This document shows positions 37,477-49,637 of a stretch of DNA of 64,000 bases, in pieces. A program made the translations under genes and the position numbers. The stretch comes from Blastocladiella emersonii ATCC 22665. Its lineage: Eukaryota; Fungi; Blastocladiomycota. The notes beneath the pieces are model-generated. The model searched no databases and had not been told where the DNA came from. It was given only the letters and a program-made list of their open reading frames with translations. Position 1 is the stretch's first letter. Every line of letters starts with the position of its first letter. The stretch spans positions 62,001-126,000 of the forward strand of contig JANHCV010000003.1 of assembly GCA_025594325.1 (NCBI GenBank), read 5' to 3'.

Positions 37477-39215
37477 TGTTAGCCGCAGCTCCTCGCACCG
37501 CGTAACCATGGGTTCGCCGTTCGAGGCGAGTCGCGGTGCACGCTCGGCCTCAACGCACCGTTACCGGTGCAGCTCTGCCGTTCGTCGCGCGTTGGTCGTC
37601 CGCTCCGTCGTGTGTCGATCCATCTCTCACTCAGCAGATCCTCGTATGGCATGCCGTGGTCGGCGGGCGACTAGTCGCCCGAGGCGGAGGCAGAGGCGGC
37701 GGCGGGGATCGTGGTCCGGCCCAGCCCAGTCGTCCGACCGACTTGACGACCCACGACGAATCGGATCACATAGATGCAGCAAGTTACTCTCGAGACAAGC
37801 GTTGCATGGAGTTTGATAATTGATTGATCATGGCGATGTGAGAGCGGGGAGGCGAGAACGAACGACAATCGCTTTCGCTTGATCACTTTCCTCGCAACAG
37901 TCGGCGCTCACGCTCGGGACCTGCCACGCACGTCGCCCGATCGATTAATGGCTGTCTCCCGCAATCCATCGATCCGTGATGTGACGCCCTGATCCCGATG
38001 CCGAGTTGGATCATGATGATACCGGATAACAAGCTATGCTTAGTTGAGCCGCGACTCGCGCCCAAAGCCGACCGACCTTCCCCTTGTGCTCTCGCTGCCG
38101 TTGAATAGGTCGGTAGGTCGGTAGGCGACGACCGTCAAGCACCGAGTAGTGTTTGGGCAAGGCTCTGATCAGGAGGTTTCTCGCCTTCAAGAACCCGATC
38201 GGCGCACTGGACGTGCGTGCGGCGAAAGAGTGTCCCCAAAGGTGGCGCGACGCGTCTCGCACGCCGCACGTGTTTTCGCGACGCGTCTCCCGTCTCCCGC
38301 GACCACGCCAACTCGCGCATCCCCCGCAAAGAGAAAAGGTCGATCAAAAGCAACGATAAAAGAGGAAATCAACTGTTTAATGTCTATTATCTTACAACCG
38401 GGGAGGTGTGGGACACGCGCGAGCTTCTCAGCAGACGGGTGGGATCTGGATGACCGAAGTTGGCTGGGCACAGGGCGTATTGAGGAAATTCAACTCGAAC
38501 CTTCCGCTTACGGAAGCGGATTCGAACCCTGTACCAACGCCTCAGCCACCATTTCCAGGACCAGCCCGGAGACCCGCAAACCCGCCCGCTCCACCCGCGC
38601 TCCACGCTTCTCCTCCAACTTACTTGAGCCTAGTTAGTACCCGCGCGACCCCGGGCCGCCGCCGTTTCGGCTTTGGCGGGGCTCGGTCCGCTCGACGAAA
38701 AGCATGGAGACACACTACACTGAGCAGCGCCATGGCGGCGGCGGCCTGCTTCACACGGTCAGGTCGTTGGAACACACGCCGCCGTTGAACAGGGAGCGCA
38801 GCTCGGTCAGCAAGCAGCAGCGTGTCGTGTCGTGTCGTGTCGTGCCGCCCGACGACACCTCGCATGCGAGCGTGAGTGCGACGCGGCCCTTGACCTGGAT
38901 CACGAACACGAAGCGGCCTTCATTGACATAGCGGTGCTCAACATTGAGTTCGTAGGCACGAACGAGTCAGCCCTTCTGTGGGCGGGCGCATCGCATCGCG
39001 AGGCTCGAGGGTCAGCTCGGCTACCACCGCCACTTCCACAAGGGGTTCGAGGTCGCACCACCTGTCTGCCCAATCGAAGACAACAAGAGACGACCAGACG
39101 AACGAATGAAAAAAACCGTGTTGAAAAGACACTCCCTTCTGCTCTGCTCAGTCTCACCGACTCCTTCTCGCTCAATCCGCCACCACCTTCTCGGCCGCGT
39201 CACAACCTTCTTGGC

Positions 39216-42200
39216 CTACGGGTCGTCGCCCTCGGCGCCGAGCTCGCGCGCGAGCTGCCGGTCGCGCGAGGTACCCGCGCCGAGCAGGGCGCGGATGTCC
39301 TCGAGGCGGGCCGAGCGCGAGATCTGGTCCTTTTGCGTCGGCGCCTCGCCGAACGCCTCCTCGGCCATCTTGCGCTTCTTGCCCTGCAGGGCGAGCACGC
39401 GCCTAGACACGGGAGAACGCGAGCGTCAGTCTCGAGGGTCGCGCGAGCGCTAGATCGTCCCGAATCGAAAACGTACTCCTCGATCGAGTCCTCCATGGCG
39501 AACCGGAACACATGAACTTGGCGTTTTTGACCAAGTCGGTGGCAACGATCAATGGCCTGCTTCTCGACCATGGGGTTCCACCACGGGTCGACGAGGAACA
39601 CGTTGCTGCCGGCGACGAGGTTGAGCCCGGTGCTGCCGGCCGTGAGCGAGATGAGGAAGATGGTCACCTCGGGGTCGGTCGAGAAGGCGTGGATGTTGGC
39701 GTCGCGGACCTGGCGCTGCATCTTGCCGTCGAGGCGCACGAACCCGAACCCGAGCCGGCGCAGCGGGATCTCGATCAGGTCGAGCATCGACGTCCACTGC
39801 GAGAACACGACCGACTTGATGGTCGGGTCCTTGGCGCGGCACGTGTCGAGGAACGTCATGAGGGCGTCGATCTTGGAGCTCGACAGGAAATCGGCCGTCG
39901 AGAACCGCGACCCGAGCTCGGTCCCGACCACGGCCTCCTCGGGCGCCTCGCCCGCCGCGTCGTCGTCGCCGTCGGTCGCGGGCGGCAGCGTGTAGATCTG
40001 GTCCTTGGCCATCTCCTTGCGGCACTGCGGGCACTGCGACGTCTGCTCGACGACGCCCGTGATGCACTCGAGGCAGAACCAGTGGCCGCACGCCGTGATG
40101 CTGGGCCCGGTCATGGGGTTGAGGCACATGGGGCAGTCCTCGGTCGCGTTCTCGCGCAGCAGCGACAGCACCGCGGCGGCGCCCGCGTGCCGGACCTTCT
40201 TCTCCTTCTCGGCGAGGATGCGGTGGTTGCAGATCTGGCGCAGCCGCGTCAGGTACTTAAGCATGTGGCCGAGGTTGTGGACGGGCGGCGGGCCCGACGG
40301 CCGGATCCCAGCCTCGCGGTCGTTCATGGACTGCGTGATCTCCTCGAGCGCGAGACGCGTCTTGGCCTCCCAGCGGTCGTACAGGGTGCGCTCCTCGGGC
40401 GCGAACGGCACCTTGTGCACGTGGTGCTTGATCTCGGGCAGCTTGAGGATGGGCTTGCCCGCGAGCTGCATGATCTTGGTGCGGCGCAGGCACACGGTGC
40501 GCATCAGGAGCTTGAACCGCTCGAGGGCCTCGGCGTTGCCGTTCTTGATGGGCCGCTCGAAGGTGGCCTTCCAGATCTCGAGCCGGTCGAACGGGAAGAA
40601 CTCGAGGAAGTTGAACAGCGAGTAGAGGTCCTCGAGCTTGTTCTGCAGCGGGGTGCCCGACAGGACCCACTTGCGCTCGGCGACGAGCAGGCACGCCGAC
40701 TTGGCGCCCTTGGTGGTACGGGTGCGGATGATGTGGCCCTCGTCGAGCACGACGCGGCGCCACCGGATCCGGTGCAGCGGCGAGTCCTCGACCTTCATAG
40801 CCATGACCGCGTACGTGGTGATGACCAGGTCGAGCGACTGCAGGTACCGGTGGTCGCGGTTGCGCTTGTCGCCGTGGAACACGTGGTACCGCAGCCGGCC
40901 CTGCTCGACGTGCTGCACGATCTGCGACGTCCAGTTGCCGACCACCGACAGCGGGCTGACAATGAGCGTCGCGTTGCAGTAGTCGGGCGAGACGGGGTTG
41001 GGCTCGGTCACGAACCCGCCGCCCGCGTTGTCGGACAGGATGAGCGACAGCACCTGAATCGTCTTGCCGAGGCCCATGTCGTCGGCGAGGATCCCGCCGC
41101 GGTACAGGCGCGGCACGCCCTGCGCAATCGAGTTGACCGCCGTGTTGTAGTAGACCTGGCCGCCGTTCATGTTGCGCACAACCCAGAACTGCGACTGCAG
41201 GTCCTCGCGCGGCGTCTGCGGGTGCTCGGCGTTGAGCATCCACCCGAGCCCCTGCTTCTGGTACGGCAGCAGGTCCGTGAGGAGGCCCTCGGGCTGCGGC
41301 GCCTGCGGCAGCGACGCGAGCTCCTGCTCCTTCATGCCGACGTTGTCAAGGATGGCCTGGCTCGACTTGTTGTCAAAGTCGCTGCCCTGCTGCAGCAGCG
41401 CGCGCCACTGGTCCTCGGCCGACGGGCCGCCCGCAGCGCCACCACGGCCACCGGCACCGCCGTTGCGGGCCATGACGACGGCCATGGCGGCCGAGATGTC
41501 GCCGTTCGGGTGGCCGGGGCGGGCCGTGGCCATGTCGACGGGGATGCCGTGCTGGTGCAGGACGGTCTGGAGCGTGCGCAGGCGCTCGTTGAGGTGGATG
41601 AGGTGCGACTCGGTCTGGGTCGCGGCCGAGAGGTGCTGGGCGGCGACGGCGGCGAGGCCCGGCTCGGCCTTGACGCGGGTGTGCATGGCGTGCTGCATCT
41701 GGGCGCGCTCAACCTGGGCGCGCGGCGTGAGCTGGCGGATCTCGTGCTGCAGCGTGTTGAACTGGGTGAAGAGGTGCGCGAGGTAGTGGCGGCGCGTGGC
41801 CTCGTCGAGCGTGGCCCAGTTGGCGGGGAGCACCTGGTGCGCGCCCGGCGCGGCGGCGATAGGCTGGAACTGCTGCTGCTGCTGCTGCTGCTGGGGATGC
41901 GGCAGCTGTATGGGCTGCGGGCGCTCGACCTTGACCTGGGTGGCCTGCTGCGGCTGCGGGAAGACGAGCTGGTGGTGGTAGGCCGGGCGCGGTGGGGGCG
42001 GGCGGACGATCGGGGTGGGCGGCTGGTACAGGTTGTACTCGCGCAGGACCTCGAGCACGGCGGTGGCGTTCTCGTCGATGGTGAAGACGGTGATGCAGAC
42101 GGGGACCGAGAGCTCGCCCTGGTCGCCGCAGATGGTGGCCGAGAGCTGGATGCGCGAGTGCTCGACGAGCGGGTAGAGGACCTTGGAGAAGCCGGGCGGC

Positions 42201-43027
42201 AGGTGGCCGACCTGCAGGTCGAGGATGTTGTCGACGCGGATCATGGTCGGGTCGGCGTCGACTACACAAGAGTGGGTGAGTCACCATCCTCGACGCGGGC
42301 CCAAGAGCGGCGCAGCAAAGCGTACCCGAGTCGCGGTCGTCGACGAGGATGAGCTTAACGGGGGTGTTGGGCTCGGTGACGCCAAAGCAGTCGTCGGGGA
42401 TGATCACGTCCGTGTACAGCTTGACGATCTCGGCGCGGATGTGGTCGTCGTCGTCGTTGTCGATGGCGATGGTGGCGTGGATGCAGCGCTCGACGCCAGG
42501 CGCCACGGCGGTCGACGACGAGGTGGTGGCGGCGGCCGAGGAGGTCTGCAGGGTGGGCCCGTTGGCGAGCGGGACGAGGCCGCTGCTCATGGCCTGGCGC
42601 TTGGGCTCGGGCTCGTCTGTGGGGGTGGGGCGACAGCAGGGAATCAGCGGTGGGATCATGCATGAACGGCGCAACCGCGCGGCACAGCAGCGGCGTACCG
42701 TAGAGCAGTGAGTCGTCGACCTCGACAAAGCGCTTGCGGGCCGTCGTTGCCGCCGACCGGGGCGCTACGCGTGGGCAACGGGCAGGGGGTGAGACACGGA
42801 GCTTCGCGGTGCCGTGTGGCTGGGCGGGGGAGCGCACGTACGGGGACGCGGGGCGACCGACTCCATGACAATGTCGTCGTCGTCGTCGCTGTTGAGCAGG
42901 TCGATAACGCTGGGGGAGGGGGAGGGGAGCGACATGAGGGGGGTCGGGTCAGTCGCGGGGAACGGGGGGAGCGAGAGCGGGCGGGCGGGCGGGGGCGGGC
43001 GCCGTACTTGTCGCTCGGCGGCTGCAT
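39216..43027 (-). CDS. HLTF/Rad5-like SNF2 ATPase (HIRAN - SNF2_N - RING - helicase C), multi-exon
   Basis: HIRAN-like IRVDNILDLQVGHLP; GGILADDMGLGKTIQ; WRRVVLDEGHIIR; LSGTPLQNKLEDL; RING CPMC..CGHWFC..C..CPQC; KSVVFSQW; NLVAGSNVFLVDPWWNPMVEKQAIDRCHRLGQ. The last intron is 39403-39476. The 5' exons start MQPPSD at 43027. Confidence 0.92.
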
Positions 43028-43481
43028 GATGAAGGCGGGCGAGCTCGCGTTGGAGCCAAGAGGGCAGACAGCGAAATGTGTGTGGGATGGCCGTGCGGGT
43101 GGGTAGGGCGCGGGCAGGGCGGCTGGCGGTCGCGGATATTGCTGAGTCAGCAGGTCGGCGCGCGCGATCGTCGGCGCGTGCTCGCGGTCGCGGTCGCGTC
43201 GGTCAAGTCGCGGGGCAGGCGACGCAGCGGGTCGCGGGCAGGGCTATCGGGCGCGCGTTGCAGCAAGCGTCGTCGTCGTCGCGGGCACTTTCGTGGAAGG
43301 GCTTCATGGTGGGCGCGGAGAGGGAGCGCCGCGACGGCCGCGGCTGCGCAAATGTAGGAGTCACACGATATCACGCCGCACCGAATTCGCCTTCCGATCG
43401 CGCTCGGCGCCACACGGCCTCCGTTCTCGTCCTCCTGCTTTGAAGTCCCCACTGCCACGGCGACGCACCACCGCCACCGCC

Positions 43482-45241
43482 ATGGACCAGGCCTACCAGC
43501 ACCAGCAGCAGCAGCACCCGCAGCAGCACGCCACGTACGGCCGCGCCGCGGGGTACGGCCAGCCGTCGCCGCAGCAGTACGCGCAGCCGCCGCCGCCACA
43601 GGTCTTCCAGCAGCAGCCGCAGACGTACCCGCGCCAGGGCTACCCGCAGCAGGCGCCGCAGCAGCAGCAAATGTATCACCCGCAGTACCACCAGCAGCAG
43701 CAGCACATGTATCAGCCGCAGCAGCAGCAGTACTACGCGCCCAACGGGCAGCCGCTCGAGTACGAGCTGCCGCCATCCGCGACCCCGAACATGCACCCGC
43801 AGCACCTGCCGTACGGCGCCGCGCCCTCGCCGCACATACAGTACGCGCAGCCCGCGCCCGTCGGCTACGTGTCGCCCGCCATGCAGGCCCAGCCCATGTA
43901 CTACGCGGCCGACCAGCAGATGGGCACGCCAACGAGCCTGGCCGTCGGGCCCATCGCGTCGCCCGCGTCCGCCGCGCAGGCCGCCGCCGCGCCGCCGCTG
44001 GCCGAGGCGCTGCGCATCGACACGTCGCTGCCGCTCGACCAGCTGCGCGAGGACGTGCGCATGTCGCTCGACCCGCTCGCGCACCTGCAGTTTGTGCGGT
44101 ACCTCGTGACGCTCGCCGACGAGGTGGCTGCGACCGAGCCCGACCCGCGCGTCGCGCAGAAGCAGATGCAGCTGCTGCACGGCGAGGCCCTCAAGTGGGT
44201 CAAGCGGCTCGCCTCGCACGGGCCGGGCGGCCTCAACGGCGCACGCACCGCGCCGTGCCCCGACGCGTCCGTGTACCTCGCCGAGTGCTACGGCAACGGC
44301 ATGCTCGGCCTGCCGCTCGACCACGACAAGGCCTTCTCGCTGTACCTGCAGGCGTCCAAGGCCGGCCACCCCGCCGCCACCTACCGCGTCGCCGTGTGCT
44401 ACGAAGTCGGCGCCGGCACCAAGCGCGACAACGGCCGCGCTGTGCAGTTCTTCAAAAAGGCCGCCGCGCTCGGCGACCCCGCCGCCCTGTACAAGCTCGG
44501 CCTGATCCTCATGCACGGCGACCTCGGCCACCAGGCCAACCCGCGCGAGGGGCTCGTCATGCTCAAGCGCGCCGCCGCCGCCGCCGACGCCGACAACCCG
44601 CACGCCGTGCACGAGCTCGCCCTGCTGCACGAGCCTCTGTCGGCGAGCCACCCGTCGCCTCCCTCAAAGGAGATTGCGCACATTGTGATCCCGGACCCGG
44701 CCTACTCGCTCGAGCTGTACACGCAGTCGGCGCAGCTCGGGTACGCGCCGTCGCAGTTCCGCCTCGGCACGTGCTTCCAGGACGGCGACCTCGGGTGCCC
44801 CGTCGACGCCAAGGCCTCCATCATGTGGTACACGCGCGCCGCCGAGCAGGGCCACCCGGACGCCGAGCTCGCCCTGTCCGGCTGGTACCTCGAGGGCGCC
44901 GACGGCGTGCTGCCGCCCAACGACGAGCAGGCCTACGCCTGGGCCCGCCGCGCCGCCGACAAGGGCCTGTCCAAGGCCGAGTTCGCCGTCGCCTACTACC
45001 ACGAAATGGGCGTCGGCGTCCCGCAGTCGCTCGAGGAAGCCCGCCGGTGGTATCAGCGGTACGCTCCACCTCGTTCCGTGCGGCTCGGTCGGTTGCTGAC
45101 TCGTTCGCTCCGTCAACCAGTGCTGCCGCCCAGGGAAACCGCAAGGCCATGGACCGGTTGCAGGACATGCGCAACTTTGCCCGCAACGCCGGTAACGCCG
45201 CCCCCGCCAAGCGCGACAAGGGCGACTGTACCATCATGTAG
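43482..45241 (+). CDS. CHS4: Sel1-repeat chitin synthase activator (Chs4/Skt5-like) with C-terminal CaaX
   Basis: Q/P/Y-rich N-terminus and Sel1 repeats (AFSLYLQASKAGHPAA.YRVAVCYEVG.GT; YTRAAEQGHPDAELALSGWYLEG; AEFAVAYYHEMGVG). One intron (~45060-45120). The spliced end is ...KGDCTIM*. Confidence 0.88.
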
Positions 45242-45504
45242 TCCAAGCCGTGCCGTCCGACTCGACTCCGTCCGTTTTGCTACACTAGATCTGCTGTTCC
45301 TACCGCCCGCTCGCTCGACTCTCCCAGCTGCTTGTATCACTATCCTCCTCCCACATCACCCGCTGGGGAGCCCGGAGCCGGCTCCCACTCGCACTCGCAC
45401 TCGCACCTGCCTCCGCGCTGCGCGCTGGTCAGTCGCCTCGCAACCACCGTCATCGTCATTGTTCAAATATACAGGGTACAAGGGAATCCGTCCATCCGCG
45501 AGGC

Positions 45505-46574
45505 TCAGAGCGCGATCCCGGACACAATCGACAGCTCGCGCATGCCGGCGAGCGCGTTCTCGACGACGCCCTCGAGGTGGCGGTCGGCGAGGTCCGGGTC
45601 GTGCACGTTCTGGACCCCCGCGGCGGCGAGGTGCGGCTGGAGCGTGGTGAGGCGTGCAACGGCCTCGTGGCAGTAAGCGTTCTGGAGCTTGACGAGGGCC
45701 TCGAAGGTGGGCTCGAGGTACGAGGTGCGCAGGGCGATGAGCTCGGGCAGCTCGTCCTTGAGCGGGCGGTTGAGGGCCTCGAAGACGCGCTTGGCCTCGG
45801 CCACCTCCTCCTCGGCCTTGGGCAGGCGCGTCGGGTCGTCGGCGGGCTTCTCGACCAGCTTGCGGTGCTTGGACCGCACCGCGTCGTAGTCGAGCAGCTT
45901 GTTGTTGCGCTTGCGGATCGCCTCGTTGTAGTCGGGGAAGTACTCGCAGAACCGCGACAGCGGGTCGATCACCGCCGTCCGGTACTCGGAATCGATCTGC
46001 GACCGGATCTCGTCCTCGAGCAGCTCCACCAGCTGCCGGTACTGCGTCGCACTCAGCTGCAGCGGCGCCGTCTCGTCGTAGAAGTTCTCCACCGTCGTCG
46101 CCATGCGCGACTGCGACAGCGACATTGCTACACGGTCGGTCAGCGTGTAAGGAACGGGTAGTTTACCGCGCGCGGTGCGGTGGTCAGGGGCGTACCGCGC
46201 AGCGCGTCGAGGTAGCCCTTGGCCTCCTTGTGCAACCGGTCGACCTTAGCCTCGAGGCTACGCGCGATAATCACGTCAGCGGTGGCCGGGAGTCTCAGAC
46301 GTAAACAGTGCGGTACCTCTTGAAGCGGCGCTCCTCCTCCTCAAACTCGCGGTCAATGGTCTTCTCGATGGCGCCGGCCGTTTGCAGGATCTACGAGCGT
46401 GGCAATGAGAACTCACCGTCGCTTAAACACCGCCCGCAACGCGCGTACCGAAGTGCCGGCGCGGTTGACCGCCTTGGTGAAGCCCTTCCTGCACACACGC
46501 GCGCGCGAGGGCAGCCGATCAGCTCGCAGTCTTCATGTGGTGCGTCGATTCATGGGTGCTGGGTACCAGCTCAT
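45505..46574 (-). CDS. RVS161: BAR-domain amphiphysin-like protein Rvs161, 5 exons
   Basis: Spliced N-terminus MSW|KGFTKAVNRAGTS; DREFEEEERRFK; LEAKVDRLHKEAKGYLDALR; IRKRNNKLLDYDAVRSK; LKDELPELIALR. Confidence 0.93.
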
Positions 46575-47398
46575 GGTTGCGGGTAGTCGTAGTGCGTTGC
46601 AATGGGAGAGTGCGTGGTGGGGAGAGCGGAAGCGGGGAAGCGGGGTGGCGGCGAGGTGAGGAACGCGTGCCAAGGCGTTCGAGAACCCGGCCACATCGAC
46701 CCCACGTGTTTTCGCAACGCGTCTCGCAGCGTCTCACGTTCGTTTCAGTTCGCTTTCGCGCAAGTTCCGCCACTCTCCTCACGTCGAGTCGCATCCCCGA
46801 TGATGCCGCGGGTGCGTACGGGCCGCCAAACCCGGACGCGTTTTGTTGAGGACCGTGATGATCCTACACTTCAACGCATGTCAGTGCGACGTCGCACGGA
46901 CAACGAGACGATCGTTGTCCAGCGCGCTGAGTGGAAACTGGAGTCCGATCCCCTTCAGAAGTGTCTGCTGTCGTGAACAAATCGACGCGACGTGGGGCGA
47001 CGCTATGCCGTAACGAGAGCCCTCGATCACTCGCCGTCCGCTCAGAGTCATACTCCGTCGTACGACATCACTACTTTCGTGTTGGTCAGTATCATCCGCA
47101 AGCCCGAACGATGGTGACAGGCGCTGCGTTCGGCGGTTACGGCGTGACGGCGGACACCCGGTGATCTGTGTGCAGTGCGGTCCACGCGTGCGGACACGCT
47201 GACACGCGCACGTGTGACAGCATCCTCGCGTCGAAAACTTCGGCGTTGCGCCGGCCTCGTTTTGGTGTGACAGCAACATTCAAGCCTAAACATTTTGGGC
47301 CAGTCAAGGCTGAGACCCGGGGCGTGGAGTCATGAACTTGGCGTGGCGTCGGTTTTGAAATAGCTCATCCCTGACGATGCACGCTTCGCAGCCCGAAG

Positions 47399-47406
47399 TA
47401 TAAAGG
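47399..47406 (+). promoter_or_regulatory. TATA box of the CAP gene
   Basis: TATAAAGG ~190 bp upstream of the ATG, followed by a pyrimidine-rich tract. Confidence 0.5.
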
Positions 47407-47586
47407 ACACCGCTCCCCCGACTCAAGAGCGTTCTTTTCAACAAACTCCTCAACTACAGCGCGCGCTCCGGAAGCCGCCGTTAGACCTTCAAGACGACCA
47501 TCGATCCATCACGCTCTCCATCACCGTAGACGCTGCGCGCCTTCCCCCTCATACACTTCTACACCGCCATCGCCACCACCATCACA

Positions 47587-48804
47587 ATGCAGTCTCCGAT
47601 CCTTCTCATCCTCGCTCTCCTCGCCGTGACGGCCTCGGCGTCGCCCGACCTCGCCAGGCGCAGCAGCCGCGGCGGTGCCGACACGTCGACCGGTGGCGGG
47701 TACGGCGGCGGCAGCGCGCCGCCCGTGGCCAACACGCCCGTGGACTCGTACCAGGAGGAGCTGCTTAACCTCGTCAACCAGCACCGCCGCTCGATCGGCC
47801 GCCAGGCCCTGTGCCTGACGCCGGCGCTCAACAACGCGGCCGACAGGCACTCCAAGGACATGGCGGCCAAGGGGTACCTGGACCACAAGGACAAGAGCGG
47901 CCGGTCGCCGTTCGACCGTATGCGCAACTCCGGGTACACTGGCTTCCAGGGCGCGGCGGAGAACATCGCGTATGGAAGCAAGGGTGGCTCCCTGAAGTAC
48001 GAGACGCCGCAGGCCGTGTTCAAGGGCTGGATGGAGTCGTCGGGCCACCGCACCAACATCGAGGGTGCCGCGTACAACCAGATGGGCATCGCTCGCGCCG
48101 AGGGCAACTGTCCCGCGTCGCGCGGCGGCTACGGCTACAGCGGCGGCGTGTGCGTGTACTGGACGCAGACGTTCGGCAAGAACGACGTCAACCGCTTCAA
48201 GTGCGTCGGCAGCGGGTACGGCGGCGGTAACGGTGGTAACGGTGGCAGCACGCCGGCCCCGCCCGCGCAGCCCCAGCCCCAGCCGCCCACGCAGCCGCGC
48301 CCGCAGCCTCCGGCCCAGCCTCGCCCGCAGCCTCCCGCGCAGCCCCGCCCGACGTACGGCCCTCGCCCGCCCGTGAGCCCGCCGCGTCGCCCGGCGCCCC
48401 CGGCCTCGTCGTCGTCGGCCTCGGTTCCCGCTTCGACGCCCATCGCCACGTCGACGCCGTCCGCCGGCTACCCGGTTCGCCCGACGCCGGTCCCCGCGCC
48501 CGTGCAGCCTACGCCCGCTCCCGTCGTCCCCGCCCCGGTCCAGCCGACGCCGGTCCCCGCCCCCGTGCAGCCGATCACGACGCCCGTGAACCCCGGGTAC
48601 GGCGGCGGCAACGGGCAGGTGTCGAGCGTGATCCCGACGGCGACGGCGCCCGTCGACTCGGCCGTGCCTACCGCGGTCCCGACCACGCCCGCCCGCAGCA
48701 CCAAGCGCAAGTGCCGCCCGCGCAAGACCGCGACGTCGTCGGCCGTCCCGACCGCTACCGCGGCCCCCACGCCGGCGCCTGGCAAGGGCTACGGTGGCTA
48801 CTAA
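47587..48804 (+). CDS. Secreted CAP/SCP-domain protein with Pro/Thr-rich tail (intronless)
   Basis: Signal peptide; ELLNLVNQHRR..L.LTPALNNAADRHSKDMAAKGYLDH...AAENIAYG...WMESSGHRTNI..YNQMGIA..YWTQTFG; QPRP and PVQPTP repeats. Confidence 0.92.
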   Translation: MQSPILLILALLAVTASASPDLARRSSRGGADTSTGGGYGGGSAPPVANTPVDSYQEELLNLVNQHRRSIGRQALCLTPALNNAADRHSKDMAAKGYLDHKDKSGRSPFDRMRNSGYTGFQGAAENIAYGSKGGSLKYETPQAVFKGWMESSGHRTNIEGAAYNQMGIARAEGNCPASRGGYGYSGGVCVYWTQTFGKNDVNRFKCVGSGYGGGNGGNGGSTPAPPAQPQPQPPTQPRPQPPAQPRPQPPAQPRPTYGPRPPVSPPRRPAPPASSSSASVPASTPIATSTPSAGYPVRPTPVPAPVQPTPAPVVPAPVQPTPVPAPVQPITTPVNPGYGGGNGQVSSVIPTATAPVDSAVPTAVPTTPARSTKRKCRPRKTATSSAVPTATAAPTPAPGKGYGGY

Positions 48805-49019
48805 GATGTGTTATGGAGTTGAAAGTGAGTGGGCCGGCTTGGCCGCGCGTTGACCGTCCCGGGAGACGACCTGTTCACGCCTAAATCATAAATTTGCGTT
48901 TCTTCATCTCCTATTCATCGATCATCAACAGTCCATGACAGCACCTGCGATCCACGCTGTAATGAGTGTGGCATGATTGTCAGTAGCGCGGCGCGTCTCG
49001 CGTCCGTCTCGAAGGCAAG

Positions 49020-49637
49020 GTGCAGCGCCAGGTCCGCGACACCAACATCCACGCCTTCTCGGCCGACCCCGAGGTGACCATCTTCCTCATCTCGCTCACG
49101 GCCGGCAGCACCGGGCTCAACCTCGTCGCCGGCTGCAATGTGTTCCTCGTCGAGCCGTGGTGGAACCCCATGGTCGAAAAGCAGGCCATTGATCGTTGCC
49201 ATCGCCTCAGCCAGACGCGAGTTACGCACGTCTTCCGGTTCGCCATGGGGGACTCGATCGAGGAGTACGTCGTTTTCGCTGCTTGGCGGCTCGTTTTCGC
49301 GCGCGAAGACCACGATCGCTGACACTCGCGTTCCCTTCCCCGTGTTTAGGCGCGTGCTCGCCCTGCAGGACAAGAAGCGCAAGTTGGCCGAGGAGGCGTT
49401 CGTCGAGGCGCCGACGCAGAAATACCAGATCTCGCGCTCGGCCCGCCTCGAGGACATCCGCGCCCTGCTCGGCGCGGGTACCTCGCGCGACCGGCAGCTC
49501 GCGCGCGAGCTCGGCGCCGAGGGCGATGACGCGTAGGTCGAGGACACGAGGCGGCCGAGTGTGGTGACGAGTCGACGAGACTGAGCAGAGCAGAGCAGAA
49601 GGGAGTGTTTTTTTCAACATGGTTTTTTCATTCGTAC
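49020..49637 (+). pseudogene. Inverted copy of the 3' end of the HLTF-like gene (39103-39722), including intron and 3' UTR
   Basis: About 2 differences per 60 nt in exon blocks, a diverged intron with intact GTACGT/TAG, and a conserved distal 3' UTR. No upstream part of the gene is present. Confidence 0.9.

Noticed and set aside
38517-38529. B-box-like GGGTTCGAATCC on the minus strand
   Set aside because: No T-stem pairing or cloverleaf.
39512-42352. 946-aa plus-strand ORF (likewise 33676-35187+, 22991-24478-, 43371-44651-, 61965-63059-)
   Set aside because: These are antisense shadows of strongly GC3-biased real genes; such bias suppresses stops on the opposite strand.
43293-45650. 785-aa ORF-track protein
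   Set aside because: It reads through the CHS4 intron. The spliced product ending in CTIM fits the family, so the extended tail is an artefact.
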